From the NCBI GenBank assembly GCA_945907765.1, contig CAMDTO010000001.1, forward strand, positions 28,083-92,082: DNA of 64,000 nt. Direction: 5' to 3'. Of the stretch, positions 52,066 to 62,492 are shown in pieces. How positions within the stretch are numbered: the first letter of the stretch is position 1; each line of letters opens with the position of its first letter. The notes below the pieces were generated by a model. The model was not told the origin of the DNA, did no database searches, and worked only from the letters and a program-made list of their open reading frames with translations. Source of the DNA: Thermoflexus hugenholtzii JAD2 (GTDB lineage: Bacteria; Chloroflexota; UBA11872; UBA12225). The position numbers were made by a program, and so were the translations under genes.

Positions 52066-52799
52066 TCAGGTGCCGAAATAGGCGTCGATGACGCGCGGGT
52101 CGGCACGGATCACCGAGGGGTCTCCGTCGGCGAGCAATTCACCGTGGTCGAGGACAATCAGCCGGGAACACAGTGCCATGATGAGTTTGATTTCATGGTA
52201 GGTAATCAGGAAAGTCTTGCCTCGTTCCCGAAGGGCAAGGATATGGGTGCACAGGCGCTCCTCCATAACGGGGTTCACCCCGGCATATGGTTCGTCGAGG
52301 AGGATGACGTCGGGATCGTTCACCAGCACGCGTGCGAACTCGAGAAGCTTCTGCTGCCCATACGACAGGTTGGCGGCGAATTCGTCGGCAACGGGGGAGA
52401 GCCCGACAAAGGCGAGTGAGTCGCCTGCCCGGGCGGATGCCTCACGCGCAGGGGCTCGTGTGACGGCGACGAGGTTTTCCATGGCGGTCATTTGCGGATA
52501 GAGGCGCGAAAGCTGGAAGGTACGGCTGAGGCCAAGGCGGTTTCTGACGCTCGCCGGCTTGTGGGTGATTGCCGTGCCTCGCAATCGGATTTCGCCGGTG
52601 TTGGTCGGTATCTCACCGGAATCAGGCGAAACAGGGTGCTCTTGCCCGACCCGTTCGGGCCGTTCGGGCCGATCAGTCCGGTCACTGTTCCGGCCGCGAT
52701 GCCGAATGAGACGCCATCCACGGCAATCACTCCGCCGAACCGTCGGGTTACACGGTCGACGGAGAGGATCGGATCGACTGGGTGGTCGGGTTCCATCAT
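52066..52799 (-). pseudogene. livG: livG-like ABC ATPase, with a 1 nt frameshift and a 9 bp duplication at the P-loop
   Basis: The N-terminal ORF '...GLIGPNGPNGSGKSTLFRLI' shifts frame at ~52641-52652. The shifted frame reads the canonical 'SGEI...RLRGTAITHK' and joins the C-terminal ORF. Confidence 0.7.
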
Positions 52800-52812
52800 C
52801 TGGTTTCCGGGA

Positions 52813-53760
52813 TCACAGACGACGCGACCGGGGGATCCAACCCCGGTCCTGGAGGATCTGGGTGATGCCTCCGGGCAAGAAGAGGACGATGGCAGTGATG
52901 AGTACGCCTGATAGGGCGGTGTGAAGGAACGGAAACTTCGCCCAGAGTGCCTCGCTGATGCCCGAAAGTAACACGCTGCCAAGCACCGGCACAAAGACCG
53001 TCCCCTGCCCGCCAAGCATGGTCATCGCGATTGCCCTGACGGTCAAGGACCCGGCAAAGACGGTCCCAGGATCGATGTAACTCATCTGCCAGGCGTAGAT
53101 GCCTCCCGCAAGACCTGCAAAGAGTGCACTGACCGCAAAGGCACCGATCTTCAACCGAGTTGTCTGGAGGCCATTGAGTTCAGCCGCAACCTCATCCTCG
53201 CGGGTGGCGAGGAGACGGAGGCCGACCGGTAGGGTCGCAACCCGGTAGGTCACCAGGACCGTTGCAGTCGCCACCGTGAACATTGCGTAGTACGCGACGG
53301 TGAGGACGTCCTCGGGGATCAGTACAAGTCCGTTGCCTCCGCTGGTTAGCGGTTCGGCGACGGTCACGCCAATCCTGATGGCCTCGGCCACGCCAAGCAT
53401 GCCGACCGAAAATTAGGGGGCTCGTAGTCGAAGGGCTGGATACCCGAAGAGGGGACGGGCTGACGCGGCGGCGATACCCGCCACGACAATGGCAATTGGT
53501 GCGGGCATCCCTCCCCGGACGATTGCGATGCCGGTGGCGCATGCCCGGATGCCGCAGAATGCCGAATGCCCGAAACTGACATACCCCGTGAAGCCTGAGA
53601 TCAGGTTCCACGAGGAGGCGAGCGCACACGCCATCAGTGCCTGCATGACGAACGTCTTGGTGTAGTTCGACCCGAAGACTGGCACCAAGGCGATGGTCAT
53701 GGTCACTGCCCCGATGATCCCTGGGTAGATCCGTATGCCGCGCGTACCGGTCGCCGGCAT
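52813..53760 (-). pseudogene. livM: livM-like branched-chain amino acid ABC permease, interrupted by in-frame TAA
   Basis: '...YPALRLRAP*FSVGMLGVAEAIRI': the TAA at 53413-53415 sits where the conserved Tyr of 'GPYFAIATLG' is expected. Confidence 0.65.
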
Positions 53761-53831
53761 GTTCGTTGGGGATTCCTCGTCGGACGGTTCGTCGGCGTGC
53801 GGGGCGTAGCGGTGGACGCAGGCATTGGTGG

Positions 53832-54692
53832 TCAGGCCTCCTTGAGGACAAAGAAGCCTTGGGGACGCAAGAGGAGCATTGCAAGCAGGGTGATGTAGAC
53901 GACCGCTTCGGCGATCTGGGCGGTCGTGACGTAACTTGCGGTGGATTCGATGACGCCGAGGACGATCGCACCGAGGAACGCGCCTGGAAAACTCCCCATG
54001 GCGCCCAAGACCATCACGGCGAATGCCTTGAGCATGAAAGTCTTCCCCATTTCCGGGTAGACCGTGTAGAGAAACCTGGTGAGCGTGCCGGCGGCCCCGG
54101 CAAGGGCAGTTGCGATCCCGAACGCGATCATGCGGGCGCGGTCAATGTCGATGCCGCACGCGAGGGCGACGTCGGCACTCTGGGCGGTCGCACGCAATGC
54201 TTTGCCCCATCTGGTTCTCGCGAGGAAGAACTGCGCGGCGCCGGTGAGCACGAGGGCAGTGACACATGCCACCAGTCGTGGGACTGAGAAGGCAAGTTCA
54301 CCGATGTTGAGTGCCCCGCTCAGGAATGGGACCGAACGGAAGTCGTTGGTGAAAGTTGCTTGGGCGCCTCCGGTGAGTGCGAGTGAGACCCCGTAGGTTA
54401 GGAGGAGCGAAGTAAGGAGTGGTGCACGCACCACGCGCGAAATCAGCAACCGTTGTGCAATCCATCCGACTCCGAACATCAATGGCATGGATATGAGCAG
54501 CGAAAGGATGGGGTTTAGTCCGATGAGAACGAACAGGAAGAATGATGCGTAGGCGCCGAGCATCAGGAACTCGCCGTGGGCGAGGTTGATTACCCGCATC
54601 ACACCGAAGATGAGGGTCAAGCCCCCTGCGAGACGCGCGTGGACGTCGCCGAGTGGAAGGCCACTCACCACCACCTGCACCAGTGTGACCAA
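53832..54692 (-). CDS. livH: branched-chain amino acid ABC transporter permease
   Basis: 'GLPLGDVHARLAGGLTLIFGVMRVINLAHGE' is the LivH N-terminal signature. The reading frame is intact. Confidence 0.8.
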   Translation of the reverse strand: MVTLVQVVVSGLPLGDVHARLAGGLTLIFGVMRVINLAHGEFLMLGAYASFFLFVLIGLNPILSLLISMPLMFGVGWIAQRLLISRVVRAPLLTSLLLTYGVSLALTGGAQATFTNDFRSVPFLSGALNIGELAFSVPRLVACVTALVLTGAAQFFLARTRWGKALRATAQSADVALACGIDIDRARMIAFGIATALAGAAGTLTRFLYTVYPEMGKTFMLKAFAVMVLGAMGSFPGAFLGAIVLGVIESTASYVTTAQIAEAVVYITLLAMLLLRPQGFFVLKEA

Positions 54693-54761
54693 CTCCCCTC
54701 ATCTTCCTCCGCCGAAACTTCCCCGTCAAGGCTGGCCTGCGCCGGCGATCACCGAGCAGGC

Positions 54762-56009
54762 CTAGCGTGACTTCCACTCCGGCATCGGGAACTTTGGTTT
54801 GGCGGTTGCCATTGCGTCGGGGCCGATCACTGGCTTGTCCTTGCCTTGCCACTGGATAACGACCGGGATGTGTGACAACTGGATACCCGTGTCGTCAACC
54901 TTGTACTTGCCTGGAAGGACGGTCTCGATCTCCAGGGTCGAGAGGGCCTCGCGAATCTTCTCCCGGTCAAGGCTTTTCGCCTTGAGCACCGCAGCTTCGA
55001 GGATCTGGCCTCCGGCGAAACCCGTTGCGGAATGATAGTCCGGTTCCCGGTTCCACTTCTTCTTGTATGACGCCTCGAACTCGCTGTTGCCTTTGGTCTT
55101 GAGGCTTGGCTCCCACATCGACGGACCGAAGATGAAGTCTGCGTCCTTGCCGAGGCCCTCGCCGAACTCGGGCATCGCGGCGCCGACCGAGAACGCAAGC
55201 ATCTTGACATTCAGGTCGAGTTCCTTGGCCTGCCGGGTGATCAGGACCGAGTCGGGTTGGTAGGAACCGCCGACGAGGACTTCAGGTTTCGCAGCCTTCA
55301 ACTTGGTGATGAGGGATGACAGGTCCGTCACCTTGGTGGGGTATTGCTCTTGAAAGACGATCCGGAAGCCTTCCTTGCGGGCATATTCGGCGGTTCCGGC
55401 GGCGGTTGCCTTCGCAAAGGCGGTGTCTTCTGTGATGATCGCGATCGTCTTGAGGCCATTCTTCTTGGCGAGGTCAATCACGCCATAGAAGTAGGACTCG
55501 GCGACCGAATAGACACCGAAGACGTACTTGTAGTTGCGCTTCCAGATGTCTGAAGCCGACGCTCCGGCGGACAGCATCGGGTACTTGTATTTTTCGGTGA
55601 CGGTCGATACCGCTTGGGTGACGCCACTTGAGTACGGTCCGAGGACGAGGTCGACCTTGTCCTCATTGATGAGCTTCTCGTAGAGCTTCGTGCCGACGGT
55701 TGGGTCGGACTGGTCGTCAAGGATGACCATTTCCACCTGGCGTCCAAGAAGCCCACCACGGGCGTTGAGCTGTTCGGCCCACAACTGGTAGGCCTCCACC
55801 TGGTACTGCCCGGTCTTGCCGTTGCTGCCGGTGGTGGATACGGATGCCCCGATCTTGACCGGTGCGCCCTTTGGTGCCCCGCCGGTTGCCGGTGCCGCGG
55901 GCGCGGCGCTTTCACCCGCATCGCCACCGCAAGCGGACAGGATGAGGCCCGCGAGTCCGAGGGCGGCCGGGGTTCCCGCCAGAATTGATCTTCTCGTGCG
56001 AGTGGTCAT
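54762..56009 (-). CDS. livK: ABC transporter substrate-binding lipoprotein (branched-chain amino acid, LivK-type)
   Basis: A signal sequence 'MTTRTRRSILAG...LILSAC' with a Tat-like RR and a lipobox Cys, followed by a periplasmic binding fold. Its GC is lower than the flanking genes. Confidence 0.8.
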   Translation of the reverse strand: MTTRTRRSILAGTPAALGLAGLILSACGGDAGESAAPAAPATGGAPKGAPVKIGASVSTTGSNGKTGQYQVEAYQLWAEQLNARGGLLGRQVEMVILDDQSDPTVGTKLYEKLINEDKVDLVLGPYSSGVTQAVSTVTEKYKYPMLSAGASASDIWKRNYKYVFGVYSVAESYFYGVIDLAKKNGLKTIAIITEDTAFAKATAAGTAEYARKEGFRIVFQEQYPTKVTDLSSLITKLKAAKPEVLVGGSYQPDSVLITRQAKELDLNVKMLAFSVGAAMPEFGEGLGKDADFIFGPSMWEPSLKTKGNSEFEASYKKKWNREPDYHSATGFAGGQILEAAVLKAKSLDREKIREALSTLEIETVLPGKYKVDDTGIQLSHIPVVIQWQGKDKPVIGPDAMATAKPKFPMPEWKSR

Positions 56010-56253
56010 GCCTTTTTACCCCTCTTCGTCAGTTGTTATTCCGCAAGTGTATCCAGAACTCCTTAATCAGTATCCGGGATCTCTCGAGCGCATCTGCGAC
56101 AGGCCCCAGAGTGGCTCCGCGGGAACGTTACGGGTAGGCCTTGAGAGTCAAAATCGGAGATTGACGGAATACCGCCGGTACACTCCGCTGCTCATGGTTC
56201 GCCCCAAATCGTCCCAGGCAGTCAGGCGCCGATCACCCGTCGCATCGGGTTGG

Positions 56254-57240
56254 ATGCAACTTTCGTTCGATGTTCCGGTGATGCCTTTCCGGTACGAACG
56301 TGGCATGTATCTCGAGGATGCGGGGATGTGGCTTGATCCGCATACCCGACGCCCGGTTGCGTACGTGTCCCACGGGCATTCAGACCACTGTCGTCCGCAC
56401 GGTCATGCATTCGTGACCCCGGAGACTGCGGACTTCTACCGGCTCCGAACGGGGCGCACGGCACTCACCGTGATGAACATCGGAGAGACGCTAACCAGAG
56501 GACTGCAAGAGGTCGATGTCTTTCCTGCGGGACACGTCCTGGGTTCGTCGCAGGTCCGTGTGCGTGACCTCGCGACTGGGCATCGGCTGGTCTATACCGG
56601 CGACTTCAAGTTGCGCCCCTCGCTCACGTCCCCGAGTGCGCCCGTTCTCGAGTGCGAAACCCTGGTCATGGAATGCACCTACGGCGCACCGCGGTTCACC
56701 TTTCCGCCAACTCAACAGGTCGTGGCGGAGTTGATTGCTTGGGTCGCGGCGGTTATTGCATCGGGGAACATACCGGTGGTCTGTGGTTATGCGCTTGGGA
56801 AGGCCCAGGAGGCGATGGCAATCCTGCACCAAGCCGGCCACCTGGTCGCGGTTCATCCAAGCATCCAACCCTACGCGGAAATCTACACGCGACATGGTGT
56901 GGAACTCGGGCCGTACGTGGTCATGTCAGCCGATCCGGGTTCGCCGTCAGGTTCAGAGGGCCGGGTCATCGTCTGCCCGCCCCACCATGCCCGTTCAATC
57001 CGGGAGACGATGCCCCTCACCCGAATGATGATCCTGACCGGGTGGGCGATTGATGGCGGTGCGCCCGGGCGGCTGCCGATGGGCACGGCACTCCCTCTCT
57101 CGGACCATGCTGGGTTCGATGACTTGGTCGAATACGTTGAGCGCGCCCGCCCGAAGGTCGTCTACACCGTCCACGGCAATGGCGGGTTTGCGCAACACCT
57201 TCGCCGGCAAGGCATCGAGGCCCACCATTTGGGTGCGTGA
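56254..57240 (+). CDS. MBL-fold metallo-hydrolase (beta-CASP-like, putative nuclease)
   Basis: 'VSHGHSDH' is an HxHxDH motif, with later 'DHAG' and 'TVHGN' motifs. The ATG at 56254 is in frame within a longer ORF that overlaps livK on the other strand. Confidence 0.65.
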   Translation: MQLSFDVPVMPFRYERGMYLEDAGMWLDPHTRRPVAYVSHGHSDHCRPHGHAFVTPETADFYRLRTGRTALTVMNIGETLTRGLQEVDVFPAGHVLGSSQVRVRDLATGHRLVYTGDFKLRPSLTSPSAPVLECETLVMECTYGAPRFTFPPTQQVVAELIAWVAAVIASGNIPVVCGYALGKAQEAMAILHQAGHLVAVHPSIQPYAEIYTRHGVELGPYVVMSADPGSPSGSEGRVIVCPPHHARSIRETMPLTRMMILTGWAIDGGAPGRLPMGTALPLSDHAGFDDLVEYVERARPKVVYTVHGNGGFAQHLRRQGIEAHHLGA

Positions 57241-57288
57241 CCGGGAGGTGCGAAAAAGAATTAGGGTAGGTGCGGAACTGATCCTTGA

Positions 57289-57966
57289 TCAGTCGGACTG
57301 TTCGATCCGATCTCTCAGGAGCTCCAGGGCAACCAGGGCCGCGCCTCGCTTGTAGGCGTGTCGGTCCGGTGACGGCACGAGATGCTCCTGCCACTGGACA
57401 CCCTCGCCTTCGGCAGCCGTTGCGTGCTCGCCCTTCCCGATGATGGAGATGATTGTGGCACCGGCGATTGGATCCGCGATCTCGCCATCCACCTTCAGGA
57501 CACCCGCAGGATTTGCCCCTGGGGCCCCTGGGGCGGGGTCGGCGCTCGTGGCAGGGTGCCGGTTGTCGGCATAGCCAGTGATGGCGATTGACCAGTCAGT
57601 GTTGAACAGGCGTCGCGTGAGACGCGCCATCTGGACGGTTGCCTCGACACTGATCGAACCGTGGTCCTCGATTGTTTCCGAGGCGACGCGCAGGAGCAGT
57701 TGCTTGGCGTAATCCGTGTAACTGACAATCCCGGCCCGGAACCACGCGGAAGCACCCGTTTGCTGGGTCAGGACGTGTGCAAGGTAACCGCCCGTCGAGC
57801 CTTCGGCTACGGCGAGCGTCTCGCCGCGCCGGACGAGCGCCTGGGCAATGGCCTGCGCTGCCTGGTCGATTGCCTCCTCGGTTGGTGGATCAATGTCATC
57901 AGGCATTGGCCTGATCGGAATGATATTGGTGCTTGCCACGGCGTCATCCGACCTCGGTGACGGCAA
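57289..57966 (-). CDS. CinA C-terminal domain protein (NMN amidohydrolase PncC-like)
   Basis: 'TLAVAEGSTGGYLA...GASAWFRAGIVSYTDYAK' is the CinA_C signature. Confidence 0.7.
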   Translation of the reverse strand: MPSPRSDDAVASTNIIPIRPMPDDIDPPTEEAIDQAAQAIAQALVRRGETLAVAEGSTGGYLAHVLTQQTGASAWFRAGIVSYTDYAKQLLLRVASETIEDHGSISVEATVQMARLTRRLFNTDWSIAITGYADNRHPATSADPAPGAPGANPAGVLKVDGEIADPIAGATIISIIGKGEHATAAEGEGVQWQEHLVPSPDRHAYKRGAALVALELLRDRIEQSD

Positions 57967-57989
57967 TGGTTCAGGCGCCCGTCACACCT

Positions 57990-60662
57990 CTAGGATGATA
58001 CGTGCGGGGTGCGCGCCCCAACCTCCACTTCCTTGTCTAGCGGGAGGGCGGGATCATCACCGGTCGTGACGCGGTAACTCTTTCCCGTGGCCTCGTCGAG
58101 TTCGACATATCCGGCATCTTCGAGGTCGTCCATGAGTTTTGCGGCTTTCGGGTACCCGATGCCGAGTTTCCGTTGCAGGAAACTGACGCTGACGTGGTTG
58201 CTGGTACGCAAGACCTCGACTGCACGGTCAAGCAGGGCCGATGCCCGGTCCTGCTTCTCGGAGGCTGCTTCCTCGTCGCGCAGGCAGAGGGCGTCGATTT
58301 CACCCTTGCTCACGTAGTTGGGGCGCCCCTGATCCTTCCAGAACTGGACAATCTTGGAGAGTTCCTCGTCGGAGACCCACGCACCCTGAACGCGGACGGG
58401 GCGGCCTTGATCGTAAGGCAGGTAGAGCATGTCCCCGCGCCCCAGTAGGGCCTCGGCACCGCCGGTATCCAGAATGACGCGCGAGTCGGTCTGGCTGGCA
58501 ACTGCGAAGGCGATGCGGCTGGGGATGTTCGCCTTGATGAGTCCGGTCACGACGTTGACGCTTGGCCTTTGCGTTGCCACGACCAGGTGAATCCCGACGG
58601 CCCGTGCCTTGGCGGTGAGGCGGCAGATGGCCGGCTCGACGTCGTCCGGGGCGAACATCATCAAGTCGGCAAGTTCGTCAATGATCAGGACGATGTAGGG
58701 CAATGGCTTAGGCCGGGTCAACGCGGTCCAGGCCTCATGTCGCCCATTGCCGGCCGGTGGCGTCGAGTCCTCGGCGTTTGCCTCGATCGCACGGTTATAG
58801 GCATCCAGATGGCGATACCCGGCTTTTGACAAGAGGGTGTAACGACGTTCCATTTCCTCGCACGCCCACAACAGCACTTTCCCGGCTTCGGCAAGGTCGG
58901 TGACAACCGGGTACCGGAGGTGGGGAATGCCCTCGTATTCGGCAAGTTCGACCTGTTTGGGGTCGATCATGAGGAGGTTCAGTTCGTCGGGACGGCAGTG
59001 TGAGAGCAGCGAGGCGATGATCGTGTTGACGCACACGGACTTGCCGGCGCCCGTCTGGCCGGCAATCAGGAGGTGGGGCATTCTTGCGAGGTCACCGACA
59101 CGAGGCCGCCCGTCGACATCGCGCCCAAGTGCAACCCGTAGGCGACCCTTGCTTTCGGTGAACTCGCGGGTCTCGAGAACCTCGCGCAGGCCGACCGAAG
59201 CCGCCCGGTCGTTCGGGATCTCTATCCCCACGAAGGGTCGTCCGGGAACCGGGAGTTCGATTCGCAAAGTCTTGGCAGCGAGACGCAACTGGAGGTCGTA
59301 CTCGTACCGCTTGATGGTCTTGACGGGTACGCCCTCCCCGGGAACAAGCGAGAACTGGGTGACTGTCGGGCCAACTCGCGCTTCCCGCACCGTGACCGGG
59401 ATGTTGAAGCTCAGAAGGGTCTTTTCGATCGTGGCGGCCTTCTCGGCAATTTCGTTGTCGCCCATCTGTTGCGCGACAGAGACGGAAAGCAGGGAGAGTG
59501 GCGGAAGTTGCCATCGTTCCGGCCACGGTGCCGGTTCTAACGATGACCGGGTCGGGGGCTCTGACGGGGTGGTCTGGCCAGAGGCATCGGGACGCCCCGA
59601 TTGGTTGCCAGTTTGGATGATCAGGGTTCGCGTTCCGGAGTCTCCAACTGAATCTGGACTGGCTGGTGGATTGCGACGTCCACGGGGTGAAACGGTGGGC
59701 TCATCATGGTCTTGAGTGCGAGTTCGGGAGGGGCGCTTTCCGGCATCCTGGTCAAGTTCGGACTCGTCCGTCCCGAGAGGGGGCGGGGGATTGAGGTTCG
59801 CGACCATGGTGGAGATCGTGCGGAAGGTGCTCATGACCAGCGCCACGAAGGCGCGACCGAAGTGTGTCGTGGCCCAGACGAGCGCCGTGGCGGTGCAGCG
59901 TCCGGTGGCGATGATTCCAACGAGGAGGTTCCTGCCAAGTGATTCCCAGTACGGACGCGGGATTCCAAGGAGGAGGACTGCACTGGCCGTTGAGAGGACG
60001 AGTGCAGTCGCGATTGCACCTGCACTTCCGACCGATAGGTTCAGAATGGACCACGTGACGTTTCCGAGTGCTCCGGATCCATCGGCAGTGGTCGAACTTG
60101 AGCCGATGCCGACGGGTCCGGACGCGCCGAGTGTGCCTACACCAAGGAGGAACCCGAAGCCTCCGAGCAGGCGCATCATGACCTGACGGCGCCACGCGAT
60201 CTCACCGAGGGCGATGGTGGCGCCGACTGCTCCAATCAGGGCGCACCAGGGCACGGTCAACCAGCCCCCAGCTTGCTCGAGTGCGTGAGCAAGTGCCCCG
60301 GTCGCGGCGCCATCGGGAGACAGGATTGCCAATGATCCGTAGATGGCGATGAGCAACAAGGCTCCGCCACTGACGCGCAGGGCCGTCGCCGGGCTGACGG
60401 TGAATGATGGGATGGAACCGGGGCGTGCCTTGGGGGGCGCGTCGCGTCTCGCGGTGGCACGGGTGCTTGGCGTGATGGTGGACGTTCGGCCCGACACGAT
60501 CCTGGGTCCCTCCCGTTGCGGCTCGTCCCTCGAACCCCACCCCATGCGAGCACCCAAGTGGGGTGCGGCGATGGGAATAGCTTTCCGGCACATGCGGGGA
60601 GCAGACGCGTGACCGTGCCGATTGCCCGAGCACAATCCGTCCCAACGCAAGAACGGATGCAA
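57990..60662 (-). CDS. ftsK: DNA translocase FtsK/SpoIIIE
   Basis: N-terminal TM helices, 'IAGQTGAGKSVCVN' Walker A, 'LVVATQRPS', and a C-terminal gamma wHTH 'SVSFLQRKLGIGYPKAAKLMD'. Confidence 0.85.
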   Translation of the reverse strand: MHPFLRWDGLCSGNRHGHASAPRMCRKAIPIAAPHLGARMGWGSRDEPQREGPRIVSGRTSTITPSTRATARRDAPPKARPGSIPSFTVSPATALRVSGGALLLIAIYGSLAILSPDGAATGALAHALEQAGGWLTVPWCALIGAVGATIALGEIAWRRQVMMRLLGGFGFLLGVGTLGASGPVGIGSSSTTADGSGALGNVTWSILNLSVGSAGAIATALVLSTASAVLLLGIPRPYWESLGRNLLVGIIATGRCTATALVWATTHFGRAFVALVMSTFRTISTMVANLNPPPPLGTDESELDQDAGKRPSRTRTQDHDEPTVSPRGRRNPPASPDSVGDSGTRTLIIQTGNQSGRPDASGQTTPSEPPTRSSLEPAPWPERWQLPPLSLLSVSVAQQMGDNEIAEKAATIEKTLLSFNIPVTVREARVGPTVTQFSLVPGEGVPVKTIKRYEYDLQLRLAAKTLRIELPVPGRPFVGIEIPNDRAASVGLREVLETREFTESKGRLRVALGRDVDGRPRVGDLARMPHLLIAGQTGAGKSVCVNTIIASLLSHCRPDELNLLMIDPKQVELAEYEGIPHLRYPVVTDLAEAGKVLLWACEEMERRYTLLSKAGYRHLDAYNRAIEANAEDSTPPAGNGRHEAWTALTRPKPLPYIVLIIDELADLMMFAPDDVEPAICRLTAKARAVGIHLVVATQRPSVNVVTGLIKANIPSRIAFAVASQTDSRVILDTGGAEALLGRGDMLYLPYDQGRPVRVQGAWVSDEELSKIVQFWKDQGRPNYVSKGEIDALCLRDEEAASEKQDRASALLDRAVEVLRTSNHVSVSFLQRKLGIGYPKAAKLMDDLEDAGYVELDEATGKSYRVTTGDDPALPLDKEVEVGARTPHVSS

Positions 60663-60779
60663 GGTCTTGATGTCTCAGAACCAGTGGGACCCCGAACGGG
60701 CAGGCAGGTGACCGCCGGTGTTCGACCCGAACGGGGTCGAGTGGGTCCCGTTGTGACGGGTGAGGGGAGGCACGCCTGG

Positions 60780-62492
60780 CTAGATTTCCACGATCAGAGG
60801 GAGGATCATCGGGCGCCGGCGCGTCTGGTCGTAGACGTACTTCGACAATGCGTCACGAATACGGTTGCGGACGTCGGCCCAGTTAACTGAGGGCACCACA
60901 TCCACGCCATCATCATCGGATGACGCGAATGGTGATGCTCGGCGGGTGGCTTCGATGGCGGTGATCACCTGGGCACGGGCCTGTTCCACCAGTTCCTCGG
61001 ATTCACGCATGTAGACGAATCCACGTGTCACGATTTCCGGCCCAGCGATCAGCCGTCCGGATGCACGTTCGACGGTCAGCGAGACGATGAGTACGCCATC
61101 CTGGGCGAGGACGCGCCGGTCGCGCAAGACCACCTGACCGACGTCGCCAACCCCGAGGCCGTCGACGAACACGTATCCCGCTGACACGTGCTCGGCAACC
61201 TCCGCATGGTCGGGGCCAATTTCGAGGACATCCCCGTCCTCGATGACGAAGATGTTCTCGGCCGGCAGTCCCATGGTCTGGGCAAGCCTGGCGTGCAGGA
61301 TCAGGTGCCGGTACTCACCGTGAACCGGCACGAAGTACTTCGGCTTGATCAGGGAGATCATGAGCTTCAGTTCTTCCTGGCTCGCATGTCCGGACACGTG
61401 AACGAGTTGGTCATGCCCCCAGACGACATTGGCGCCGAGCCGGAACAGATTGTCGATCGTGCGGCTGACGAGCTCCTCGTTGCCTGGGATGGGGGCGGCT
61501 GAAACGACAACCGTGTCACCTGGTGCGATCTGGACCTGGCGATGGTCGCGGTTTGCGATCCGGGCAAGTGCGGACGTTGGCTCACCCTGGCTGCCGGTCG
61601 TGATGAGGACAATGTCCTTGCCCGGCATCGAGTTGACCGTCGCCAGTTCGTCAGGGCGCAAAAGGACACCGGCGGGTGCGGTCAGGTAGCCGAGTTCCTG
61701 GGCGATCGCAACGTTCTGCACCATGCTTCGCCCCACAATGCCAACCCGACGGTTGTGCCTGACGGCAGCGTCGATAACCTGCTGGACGCGCGAGATCAGC
61801 GACGCAAAGGTGGCGATGATGATGCGCCCCTTGGCGCTCGCGAAAATCTGTTCGAAGGCGGTGTCAATCACCCGCTCAGAAGGGGTGTGGCCCGGCCTGT
61901 CAGCGTGAGTGCTGTCGGAAAAGAGGCAGAGGACACCCTTCTTTCCGACCTCAGCAAGCTTTCCGAAGTCCGTCGGACGGCCATCGACCGGAGTGTGGTC
62001 GAACTTGAAGTCGCCGGTGTGGACGATTGTCCCCGCAGGTGTCTCAAGTGCGACGCCTACACCATCCGGGATGCTGTGGCAGACATGAAAGAACTCGGCG
62101 ATGAAATGACCGAACCTGACGGCCTCACCTGGCACGATCCGGTTCAGGGTGACGCGGTCGGTCTGTCGATGTTCCTTGAGTTTTCCGGCAATCAGGCCGG
62201 CAGTGAGCGGAGTTGCCCACAGAGGAGGGAAATTCAACTGGGGAAGGATGTAGGGAAGGGCGCCGACGTGGTCTTCGTGCCCGTGGGTGAGGATGATGCC
62301 TCGTATTCGGTCCAGCCTGGTCGAGAGGTACGAGACATCCGGGATAACCAAGTCGACCCCGAGCATCTCGTTCTCAGGAAACATTACCCCGCAGTCGATG
62401 ATGACAATATCGTGATCGTCTTCGACGACCAGCATGTTCCTGCCGATTTCACCAAGTCCGCCAAGGGGAGTGCAACGAATTCGGTCGCTCAT
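60780..62492 (-). CDS. rnj: ribonuclease J
   Basis: 'RCTPLGGLGEIGRNM', 'ILTHGHEDHVGALP', and beta-CASP and C-terminal domains. It is 570 aa. Confidence 0.9.
   Translation of the reverse strand: MSDRIRCTPLGGLGEIGRNMLVVEDDHDIVIIDCGVMFPENEMLGVDLVIPDVSYLSTRLDRIRGIILTHGHEDHVGALPYILPQLNFPPLWATPLTAGLIAGKLKEHRQTDRVTLNRIVPGEAVRFGHFIAEFFHVCHSIPDGVGVALETPAGTIVHTGDFKFDHTPVDGRPTDFGKLAEVGKKGVLCLFSDSTHADRPGHTPSERVIDTAFEQIFASAKGRIIIATFASLISRVQQVIDAAVRHNRRVGIVGRSMVQNVAIAQELGYLTAPAGVLLRPDELATVNSMPGKDIVLITTGSQGEPTSALARIANRDHRQVQIAPGDTVVVSAAPIPGNEELVSRTIDNLFRLGANVVWGHDQLVHVSGHASQEELKLMISLIKPKYFVPVHGEYRHLILHARLAQTMGLPAENIFVIEDGDVLEIGPDHAEVAEHVSAGYVFVDGLGVGDVGQVVLRDRRVLAQDGVLIVSLTVERASGRLIAGPEIVTRGFVYMRESEELVEQARAQVITAIEATRRASPFASSDDDGVDVVPSVNWADVRNRIRDALSKYVYDQTRRRPMILPLIVEI

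Noticed and set aside
55816-56253. N-terminal 146-codon extension of the MBL-fold hydrolase ORF.
   Set aside because: It overlaps the 3' part of livK on the opposite strand and has a Pro/Ala-rich low-complexity translation. The in-frame ATG at 56254 directly precedes the conserved fold.
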